A stretch of 64,000 nt of DNA, from positions 72,046,001 through 72,110,000 of the forward strand of contig CM052816.1 in NCBI GenBank assembly GCA_028534125.1, in the 5' to 3' direction. The notes under the pieces are model-generated. The model saw only the letters and a program-made list of their open reading frames with translations. It searched no databases and was not told where the DNA came from. Source of the stretch: Lama glama. Lineage: Eukaryota. Position 1 is the first letter of the stretch; every line of letters starts with the position of its first letter. Of the stretch, positions 53,850 through 64,000 are shown piece by piece. The translations under genes and the position numbers were made by a program.

Positions 53850-54430
53850 AAGCAGCACTATATACAATAGCCAAGACATGGAAGCAACTTAAATGTCCAT
53901 TGACAGACAATTGGATAAAGAAGTTGTGGTATCTTTATATGGTGGAATACTACTCAGCCATAAAAAGGAATAAAATAATGCCATTTGCAGCAACATGGAT
54001 AGACCTAGAGATTATCATCCTAAGTGAAGTAAGCCAGAAACACAAAGAAAAATACCACATGATATCACTCATAAGTGGAATCTAAGAAAAGAAAAAAAAG
54101 AAGACACTAATGAACTCATCTACAAACAGAAACATATTGGCAGACAGTAAACAATCTTACAGTTACCAGGGGAAAGGGGATGGGAAGGAATAAATATGGG
54201 AGTTTAAGATTTGCAAATGTTAGCCACTATACATAAAAATAGATATAAAAATTTTTCTTCTGTGGAGCACAGGGAACTACATTCAATACCTTCTAATAAC
54301 CTTTAATGAAAAAGGATATGAAAATGAATATATGTATGTATATGCATAACTAGGACACTGTGCTGTATACTAGAAATTGACACATTGTAACTGATTATAC
54401 TTCAATAAAAAATAAATTAAAAAAAAACTC
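53850..54430 (+). mobile_element. L1 3' end (camelid/cetartiodactyl-type) with A-rich tail
   Basis: ORF2 terminal peptide (WIKKLWY..YYSAIK.N.IMPFAATW.DLE.IILSE), 3' UTR, aataaaaaataaattaaaaaaaa. Confidence 0.92.
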
Positions 54431-54529
54431 AAGTAAAAGTTGATCTTAAAAAGAAACAAAACAAAACACCTAACAGTAGATGTAAGTCCCTTAATATTCC
54501 TAAAGAAAAACACAGAGACCATGGTGAAG

Positions 54530-55013
54530 TGTGCATAGCAGATTAAAAATGACCACAATTTCAAGCGGTGCCATCCATGTCCCCATCCCTTGATTCTGGG
54601 TGGGTTCTTTGACTATTTTGATCAACAGAATACAGTGGAAGATTCTTTGAGCCTTTCACCATACCCTGTCTCTTGGAACACTTGCTTTTGGATCCCAGTC
54701 ATCATGCTACAAGAAACCCAAATCTCACGAAGAAGCCCAGTGGCCATGTGTAAGGAGACACTCTAGTCAATAGTCCTAGCTGAACTCTGAAATGACACCT
54801 GCATCAGAGGCTAGCCATCTGAAGCCCAACCATCTTGAGCATCCAGCCTAGCAGAGTCTTGAATGACATAAACCTCGCCCACCATCTGCTTGCAAAAGCA
54901 TGAAACTTCAAGCAAGAGCTACCCAGTTGAGCCCAAATAATGGTGAGAAATAAGCTGTTTTAAGCCACTTCATTTTGGAGTGGTTTGTTCTGCAGCAGTA
55001 GAAAACTGCAACA
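54530..55013 (+). mobile_element. MaLR MLT1-family solo LTR
   Basis: tgactattttgatcaacagaatacagtggaag ... ttttaagccacttcattttggagtggtttgttctgcagcagtagaaaactgcaaca. Confidence 0.8.
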
Positions 55014-55022
55014 ACATGAGTA

Positions 55023-55025
<3 letters not shown>

Positions 55026-55058
<33 letters not shown>
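55026..55058. repeat. (TG)n microsatellite
   Basis: About 16 TG units. Confidence 0.95.
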
Positions 55059-55062
<4 letters not shown>

Positions 55063-55293
55063 CTGTTAGCAGAGAGAGAAAACATTTAAATCCAGTAAGT
55101 GTTGGCAATATTTATGATAGTGTCCTTTGTTATAACAGCTATCCTTTGAGATACAGCAGAATCAGCCCTGCAGGTATTGGAAAACAAAAATACTATTATG
55201 ATCTCCACTTTCAAAAACATATTTCTGTTACATTTAGGCTAAATCCAACAGCAAGAAAAGGTGAGATAAATAAACATTAAAATTAAATATCAA

Positions 55294-55346
55294 ACACTGG
55301 AAATTGACACAACATTGTAAACTGACTATAACTCATTAAAAAATGT

Positions 55347-55390
<44 letters not shown>

Positions 55391-55416
55391 ATTTTGTTTG
55401 GCTCATCAAAAAAAAA
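55294..55416 (+). mobile_element. Extremely truncated L1 3' tip plus (TAAA)n tail
   Basis: acactggaaattgacacaacattgtaaactgact matches the copy at 57926-57960; TSD aaaattaaat(a/c)tca. Confidence 0.85.
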
Positions 55417-55754
55417 TTAAATCTCAGAATCAGAGACACAAATAATTAAACTTAAGAGCAATCGAAAGTATACTTACTGAGCTTCTACTATATGTGGAAT
55501 TTTTTTTTAGGTCTTACTGTGTTTATTTCACAGCAGTTTGTCAACTTCTGAAACCTATGCAACTAAATATTATAAGTTTCTGTTTCTATAAGTTACACTG
55601 GCGATAAAGTATCTCTGTTAGGATGCAAGTATATTTAAATATCAATATCAAGATAGCTACAATTAGGTTTAGAATTACCAAATGAAGAGTCACTTTGCTT
55701 AATGCACAGTGCACAACTAATTAATATTCAAAACAACAGAGAAATAAAACTAAC

Positions 55755-55845
55755 CTGGGCCATTTAAATACTGTGTAAGTGAACAGTGTAGTCGGACAAT
55801 TATAGGTTCTGTTCGAATCACTTCCCATGCCACAGCAATCTCCTC
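55755..55845 (-). CDS. PARP8: PARP8 exon ~9: EEIAVAWEVIRTEPIIVRLHCSLTQYLNGP
   Basis: cacag| ... G|GTTAGT; 91 nt. Confidence 0.97.
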
Positions 55846-56323
55846 CTGTGCAAATATTTAAAGCATGAATTAGTCATCTTTCAAAGTTCTTGATTTTTTC
55901 CAAGATAAAAAAAATTTTAAACTTATTTTGAAGAAATTCATAAATCAATAAGGCCTACAAATTATCTCGAAACCTACTGATTTGTGGGGGAAAAAAGCTA
56001 AAGTACTTTTATTTTTTGCCTTTTACATCTGAAAATTAAAGTGAAACTTAAGAAATAATAACATACTATACTTCCAGCCCATGAGTTTCAGAATATACTA
56101 AAAGATCCAAGGCAGAAATATATATACATTTATATAATCTTTGCTTCTTCAGCCAGCATAGTATTCTTCATAAATCACTTTAACAAAGTCATTACGTTAC
56201 TAATGGTATAGTAAAAGAAACTTAGTATATAAAGCATATAACAGAAACCAAAGTTAAATTTCTTCCAAGGATAAGAGTGTGTTTTTAAAATGCACCAATC
56301 ACCCTGTGTAAGTTGATACTTAC

Positions 56324-56384
56324 ATCAAGAAAGCTAACATCAATATGCAGATCAATATCTACATCATCAATGGCTCCATATTCC
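56324..56384 (-). CDS. PARP8: PARP8 exon ~8: (R)EYGAIDDVDIDLHIDVSFLD
   Basis: tttcag|G GAA ... GAT|GTAAGT; 61 nt. Confidence 0.96.
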
Positions 56385-57164
56385 CTGAAAGCAAAGATTA
56401 ACATTAATCTTTTCATTTTCCTTAGAACAGAGTGTGCCCTAGGTTATTTTAAACTGGAATTTAACCATGATTTCTCATCCCTGATTTCCACGAATAGCTC
56501 AGAAGTGACTGTGGACATGAATTAACTAACTCAATTTAGTTGGATTATGGTCTTGTGTGACCTATTCATACCATACAGACATCTTTCCATTTTACATACA
56601 CTCATATGCATGCATAAACTCAAGAGTTATTTGGTTCATAGTTTCAAACATCACCAGTTCTCTGTGACAAATTAAATAATCTTCTCAGGCAACCACTCTG
56701 TTTTCACTGTGCTCTCTGAAGATGAAGAGCTGCTCCTAAGGATAAGAGGCGCTCCTGACACAAGGCAGGGGTGGAGGATGAGTGACTGCCACAGTATCGG
56801 GCCCATAAATACTCCTGTCATGTCAGACATCAGTGGTTCTGAAACTGATCCAGGTGCTCTGCCACTTAAATGTCACTATGTTTTGACAGGCAGCTCTAAA
56901 AGTCTGATCTATCAAAATTAAAACAAATAACAACAGCATTTTCCACACAAAGGCACCACGAAGGCCGACTTTCTTCCAGCCAACGTCGTACCAAAAACCA
57001 GCATATTTAAAGTTAATGAAAGAGCGTAAAAACAGTAGTTTTTATATTCTCCACATACATAGGTCTCTATTTTGGACATTTTACAAAATTCTGAAGTTAC
57101 CAATGTTAAACAAAGTGAAGGAGAAAACTATGGAGATCATAGAAATTATATAGGTTAATGGTCA

Positions 57165-57600
57165 ATATTCACTGAGCACTTACTGAGCCAGTAATCATTC
57201 TAAGGATTTTATATGAGTGGGCTCATAGTGCACTAGGTACCACTACCATTTCCAGTTCACATCTCCACTAACCGAGGCTTGGAGTAATAGGGTAACTCAT
57301 CCTCATCACTCTGTGGCAGAGCTGGGATTTGAATACACAGATCCTATTTATTTATGCAAGTGCTTAGTCAATTCAATATTCAATAAATGATTACTTTGTG
57401 TTGGAAACCAGGTCAAACATTAATGGGTGATCTCATTAGGTCCTCATCAGAGCCTTATGACAGGGACACAGTAACTACCCTCATTTGTAAATGAGAAAAC
57501 TGAGGGTCAGGGAAAGTGAAACAGGTTGCCAAAGAGCAGGTAGGTCAGTAGGGAAGTCAGGCATTGAATTCATGTCCAACTTCAAAACTGTTAAGTGCAG
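57165..57600 (-). mobile_element. Two adjacent MIR fragments
   Basis: cactgagcacttact...gtggcagagctgggatttgaa and ctcatttgtaaatgagaaaactgagggtcag. Confidence 0.6.
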
Positions 57601-57819
57601 TATCAGGCACACGGTAAGTACTCAGGAAAATTTCTGTGTGTTATATATTCAAGTAAAGCTAAGGTAGTACAAAACTGGCACTTTTATAGGGTTCAGAGAA
57701 AGCATTTTTAATGAATAAATGGCTTCCTGTAATTTGATGAATAAAGGAATCCAGGGAGTCTTTTTGCTTTTTGATTTCTATGACCAAAAAAATGCATCAC
57801 ATTAGGAAATAATAATTTG

Positions 57820-57992
57820 TATAACTCAGGGAAATATATACAAGATCCTGTGGTAGCTCACAGCGAAAAAGAATGCGACAATGAATATATCTATGTTCAT
57901 GTATAAGTGAAAAATTGTGCTCTACACTGGAAATTGACACAACATTGTAAACTGACTGTAACTTCATAAAAAAAAGTTAAAAAAAAAAGAAA
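57820..57992 (+). mobile_element. Young camelid-type L1 3' end
   Basis: cagggaaatatatacaagatcctgtggtagctcacagcgaaaaagaatg...ctacactggaaattgacacaacattgtaaactgac followed by an A tail. Confidence 0.85.
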
Positions 57993-58345
57993 ATTGTAAC
58001 TTGGCCTCTATGCCTTTTCCATTCTCTCCTTAAAAATATATCAAAACACTGAGCACATTTTCATTATTTACAAAATTATACTTTTTATTTTTTCATGGTC
58101 ATATTTTCAAAGGTTACATAGAGAAAAAAGGGATAAAATTATTCACAAAGGAATTCTTTTAATTGCATGTGTTGAAACATCTGTTGTTATTCATAAAGGA
58201 TAAAAACTTTAATAACTTTATACAAATTTAGACATGATATGCAAATTTGGATACAAAAATATGCCAACTTAGTCATGAAATTATATAGAACCTAAGACAA
58301 GAATAAGGATCAAACACATGAACCATTTCCTTCATGCCTCTAGTT

Positions 58346-58548
58346 CAGAGTTCAGAAAACTTTCTGTAAAGGCCAAAATAGTACCTATTTTTAGTTTTTG
58401 AGGCCACTTAGAATCTCTGTCACATATTCCTCTTTGTTTCTGTTTTTGTTTTTTTTAATAGCCCTCTGAAAAAGCAAACACCATTTGTAGCTCACAGGCT
58501 TTTCAAAACAGGCCCCAGAGTCCAATGGTCATAATTTGCTAACCCTGA
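58346..58548 (+). mobile_element. hAT-Charlie MER58-like DNA transposon
   Basis: cagagttcagaaaactttctgtaaaggccaaaatagt ... tttgctaaccctg terminal inverted repeats. Confidence 0.75.
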
Positions 58549-60717
58549 ACATCAGCAAATTATCCGTAATATTATAAGAAGTCAAAATCTATAGTCAGTC
58601 ATATTAAGAGAGAGCTATTAAAGGTAATGATAAGGACAGATCACTAGTGATGTTCAAAAGACACTTCCATGGTGCAAAGAGGACTTGACTACAACCGTTC
58701 CCAAGAAAATTATAACAAATATGTGAAAACTTTTACCTAGAAGAATGTATATGAGTAGAAGTTAGAAAAAATTGAATAATGAGGAAATACTTAAACTATG
58801 GCTTGTTGATATGATTGTTTTTAAATTACACATTACTAAAAATGTTGATAAAAAAATATTTAGTGACCTGAGGGAAAACTTCCAAAAATACTATTTACTA
58901 AGCAAGCAGATTACCAAAAACCTATGGGAAATAAAATACTTTTTAAAAATTAGCTAGAAATAGGAAAATCGAAAAAGTAGACAAAGTACTTATATATTAA
59001 CAATAGTTTGTGGATAAAATTTACTTTATAAAAAATGCTACATTAGGTTTTTTTAAATCGCTACTTTTCCTGGTATGGTAATGTAGACTCATTATATAAA
59101 ACATGAGAAAGAGAAAATTGGACAATGAGTAATTGTAATACCACCACCCAGAGACCATTCTTTTTGTTTACATCTCACTCCAGTCTCTTTCATATATTAA
59201 TATATCATGTAATATGTATGATTATCGTTAAGGATAATATGGTATGTAAAGATTTTTGTTCTGCTCTTTCACTTCTATAATGAGTATTTTTTATATGTGG
59301 AATATTCTTCAAAAACCATACATTTAAATGTCTGTATTTATATAAGTAATATTATATAATATAACATTAGGTTGCTTTTGATTTTTTTTTACACTATAAA
59401 TATTGATAAATAGCCCATTGCATAAAAATGTATGCACAGGTATCTTCTCAAGAGTATAATTTCTAGAATTACTGAGTGAAATAAATAGTGTAACTATATT
59501 TGGGAGTCTTGAAATATACTGTTTAGTTACTATTTTAGAAGGTTAAAACAACACCAGCCAGGTCTCACAGTGACCATTTCCCAATCTTCATTATCACTAA
59601 GCATTTTTTTCTCCCATCTTCGCCAATTTCATAGGGGAGAACAACTCTGAATTTATTTCTGTTGGCAAGACTTTGGTATGTTGAGAGGCAGGGAAAAAGG
59701 AATCAGAGATAACAGAAATCAGTATGTACCTTACCCACAGCTCCTTCTTTATAAACAGATTTCCAGACCACATCGACAGAATTTATCATAAAGTTATGTT
59801 CAGAATGTGACATACGTTCTTTATAAAATCTTTCATATGTGAATTTTAAAGTATTCTTTGTATGATTTCTTCAACACTGTTTTGGTTAAAAGTTCCCAAT
59901 TTCTCACACTATCAATTTCTTTCCAAAAAAAAAAAAAAGGAACTAAAGGGTTACAAGTGTTCTTCACCAGAGCAGAGCGCCAACACAGAATTTTAAGGTG
60001 ACAGAGGCATTAAAGGTTTGCAATTAACTGGATTCTGCAGGTGTAGATCCGTAAATAGGTACACTTTTTGTTTCCATGCCACACTTCAGAGAACTCACAA
60101 CACTGTGTATATGCAAACCAATTTCTGTTGTGATGCCCTTTTTATATAATGCCAGTAATTCCACGTTTCCCACTGCGGGATCACAAAGCGTGATTACAGC
60201 TTGTCCAGGTGCAGCGACCCAGTCACCAGGATCACTTCTGTATCTGAATACCTTCCAGTAGCCTTGGATCTCATGAACAGCAAATGCAGAAGCAAGGCGA
60301 ATGCCTGAAATATGAATGCAACTCAAATTGTGAAGCTCGCTATCTGATTGTGTACTGAGTGCTGTATCGGGTTTATAATAACCCAAAATAATTCCGTGCC
60401 TGCCTCTATTTATTCACCATGAAAAGATCACATCAAATTGAACTTGAATGCTTTTTTAAGATAAGGGAAACAACACAGAAATGATCTGATGCAGTTACTT
60501 CACTCTGAAACTGAAGGTTGGAGAACTGCTCCACAAATTTCTTTCCAGACATCTGAGTCAGTCTTTGAATCGATATATCTTGAAATCGAGCCATTTGATC
60601 TTGCATATTTACATGTGGTCTAGTTCATTTAAGAACATATGTATGAAATATAATTTTCTATGAACATGTATTTTTGAGGGCACCATGTGTTAGAATTCTC
60701 AGTGATTCATTTTCCTA

Positions 60718-60810
60718 TTTTTTTTATTGGTGTATAGTTGATTAAGAATGTTGTGTTAGTTTCTGTATACAGCAAAGTAATTCAGTTACATATATATATA
60801 TATCATTCTG
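60718..60810 (-). mobile_element. Short L1 3' tip
   Basis: ttattggtgtatagttgattaagaatgttgtgttagtttctgtatacagcaaagtaattcag; same family as 17221-17595. Confidence 0.75.
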
Positions 60811-61781
60811 TTTTTCAATGGAACAAATCGATAGAACATCCTCATTAATGAGACACCACATACTTCCAATACATTAAATGTTAGAACACCTATGTTGGTC
60901 CTCCTTTCTCTATGAAACTACAGTTTATTCGTTATACAGTTGTGTTTTATAATACCATCTGCTGAAAATTAGCAGTGATTGTGCTGGTTACAAAAAGTAT
61001 ATTTATATACATAGCCTTCCTTTATTAGCTGCCAAGGAAATTATATGTATACACATACATACATGAAATGCTACCATGAGTTCTTGGGAAATTAACCTCT
61101 ATTGCTTTTTGGTTATTTCTGCCTTCAACAACTGGTCAGTTATATTTTGAGAAGAAGTATATTTTGGGAAGAAACATACACCTTCCTATGACATCCAAAA
61201 CCCAACAGCTTGCACGTCTGTCTCTGCAGGCTACTCAATGTGCGTTTTATGCTCAGGGTGGGAGGGATGCTTGTGAATAGGCCAAGAAATATGCAAACTC
61301 AGTAGTCAGGAAGAAATCTTGGCAGATTAAAGCATTTGCAAGACTGTATTCACAGTAGCTATAAATTTCTCTAAGGGATAACAGAGCTGAGAGGAACTTA
61401 AAAATTAGATCCAGATAAGAAAGGAAACCCACGTAAAGTAAGTGTATAAGAGGTACAGTACAAACAGTTGCTACAGTTCTGCCCTCAGTTTAAAAATCCT
61501 TGGGTTTTGCTTGAAGAAAGCACAGGCATTGGAAGTAGAGGTCACTGTCTGGGACCTGACACGCTGAAGCTAACACCTGGATCTTGTCCCAGTGTTTTTG
61601 AAAAATAGTCTCCCCTTTTTTCTTTCATCTGTGTGCCTCCTGTCATCACTTTCCCCTGGTTTTCAGAGTCAGACTTTTTTGTCTAGGCTCCAGAGGCAGA
61701 AGCAGGAGAATCAATTTGCTAGAAGGGACATGACAAACATCCAACTCCAAGATCTTCTTTTGACAAATGACATACTTCAAT

Positions 61782-62080
61782 GAAGGTTAAGTTATGCTGT
61801 GGTAATAGACATCCTCAAACTCTCACTGGTTTAATACACAAGAAAGATTTATATCTCACTCACATTACCTGGTTATTATGGAATCCTGGCAGGAGACAGA
61901 AGGCTACTCATTGGAGTTGCTAAGGGGCCCAGAGTGATGGAGTCCAGGGGATGTGGGAACTCACACACTAGCACTTATGCCAACACTAGTTGTGTTGTCC
62001 ACATTATAAGAGTTAGGGAAATACAATCCATACGCCAGAAGAGAAATGGAATATCTATTATGTGGTCCTACTGGCCCACA
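61782..62080 (-). mobile_element. MLT1-like LTR fragment
   Basis: aggttaagttatgctgtggtaatagacatcctcaaactctcactggtttaatacacaag, an antisense MLT1 3' end. Confidence 0.6.
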
Positions 62081-64000
62081 ACTAAAGGAAATTCAGAAAT
62101 CCAGAGAAATTAAAGTGGTCTACCCTGATATATGTGGCTTTTTCTTCCCTTTTCTTTCTTTCTCTCTCAATCTCTCTCATTCTCTCTCTCTCTTTTTTGG
62201 GAGATACATGCTTGGCTGATGGGCCTGGATATAGTAGCAGAGCTTCCTCAAATCTTAAAAAATCTTCAGCATGCCCTCTCCTCCAAATCATCAACTCCAA
62301 AATTACAATCATCCAACCACAAAGAGTGATCAAAATGCAGAACAGTCACAGTCTGGCAACCTTCCAAGCTACTTTAAGCACTACTCACAATACAAAGGTT
62401 AGAATATTATTAAATTGCCTTGAACTTTTAAAAAAAATGGATGATGGTATGATCATAAAGCAAAGGATACTGTTTTATATGGGGTAAAAGTTTGAAACAT
62501 CATAAGCAAATTATTAGAACCATTTCATTCCTGACCAAATGAGAATTTTGTGATTTGTAATTCCTTACCTTTCTAAAACTATCCACCTCAAGTTGTTTTT
62601 GATGACACTGATCAATTTTTTTTATAAATACATGAGTATAGGAGTCAAATTATAATGAAAAACATAAAATACCCTCATTCTGTTGCATGATTCAAGGTGA
62701 GACATATTCAGACTGATCATAGGGTTACTCATGGTCTCCCACAGACCTACCTCCCTTCCTGCACAAGAGCCCATGAATCAGAATTGTCATCACTGTTTAC
62801 AAGTGTGGTTCAACACAGCCAGAATGCTGCTTGTGAACGACTTGGCCAGGGAGAGCTAAAACTCTCTACGTAAGTAATAAACATATCACCAGTCACTCTT
62901 TCCATGGCCTCCTTCAGCTCACTTTCAGAGGGTTTTGCCTATCTCTGCTACTTTCATCTCTTACAGAGAACTTAGATGTGGTTAGCTGCCTTTCTCATTA
63001 GATGTCACATAAAAAAAATGACACCAAATAGCCTATTATGCATATTGAGGTACTTTTGCTCTTCAAACTCCATTAAGTTCGTATAAACCTCAGTTAAGTA
63101 AAAGAACAGCTAATTAGAACAGTCTGTTTTCAATAGACTTACACGTCTGCAAGGAAGATGACTCCGAGACCTTCTGTCCAACTACTCCTTCTCCCATGTG
63201 TCCAAGCCACAGTATTTGAGACCAGACAGTAAATTCATTCTTATTTATTTTAAGTAAATCAAACTAGTCCTGCTATGATTCACCTTTACATCATGAGGCC
63301 TCTGGGAAATTATTTATTCTGGAAACATCCTCTGTAGTTAGAGAAAATCTAGAGCAGGCAAGAACATGGCTTGCATTCATTAAGATTTAAGTTGGATCAA
63401 AATTTGTAAGTGGAAGAGGCAAGAGGGAAAAAAATAAAAACCATTTATGACTTTAGATACTTCACTCAAATGAAGTTCCAAATATTTCCGTGATTTCAAC
63501 AGATCATAATTATCAATAATTTTATTAATAATGGAGAATACTAATAGGGATGATCGTAAGTACTTAATAAATGCTTGCTGAAGAAACAAAAATATTCATA
63601 TCTATATGATGGTACGATTCAGGCCTAGATAGCATGGAAATATGTGTAAAAACATCTTTAAAAGCAATCAGCTTTTGGGTGCTAAGGTGATCCTCTAAAG
63701 AAAAACATGTATTTCCAATGAAAATCAGTTGAATTCTATGTTGTGTTGAATGATGAACAATGTCCCACAGACTTTTTTCTTTTGGGGGGGTGCAGTTAAA
63801 TTACTGCAATTCAAGTTTTAAGCTTTCAAGCAAAGTTCGACTAAAGTTAAAGAATTAGTCACTGTTTGGGACTATTTACTGATAGTCCCTATTGCCTTCT
63901 TCATTTATTCATTCTATGCTACTTACTGGATCTCCATAGTCCTGTCCTGGAGCCATAGTACAGATCAACTGTGAAATGATCACAACTAATTTGCAAGAAC

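Larger units (their letters stand above)
1870..56384 (-). other. PARP8: PARP8 gene, partial (coding exons ~8-26; 5' exons outside the window)
   Basis: 19 GT-AG exons splice into one open frame of 2047 nt. The translation matches the PARP8 protein as recalled (EYGAIDDVDIDLHID... to ...EILRVIGNQTATG*). Confidence 0.97.

Noticed and set aside
1..64000. CRISPR arrays, operons, rRNA or other prokaryote-type systems
   Set aside because: The sequence is mammalian exon-intron DNA, and I saw no regularly spaced repeat-spacer arrays or rRNA.

Overview
AT-rich mammalian genomic DNA, most likely from a camelid (inferred from the SINE and L1 3'-end types). The window holds the 3' ~80% of PARP8 (ARTD16, mono-ADP-ribosyltransferase) on the minus strand. 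I traced 19 coding exons by hand (56384 down to 1870, 2047 nt). All have GT-AG boundaries and compatible phases, and they splice into one uninterrupted frame ending ...IGNQTATG*. They correspond to human exons 8-26 as I recall that gene; the 5' exons lie beyond the right edge. The rest is intronic, with L1, L2, MIR, LTR and hAT relics, microsatellites and a 500-N gap. I see no clear new multi-gene system. The best leads are a 6x22-aa alternating repeat with LxRxxS sites in exon 12, a candidate poison exon/sORF between two 62-bp direct repeats in intron 14, unusual splice sites around the catalytic exons, and a tiny L1 insertion with a possible 3' transduction. Repeat family names and boundaries come from recalled consensus sequences and are approximate.
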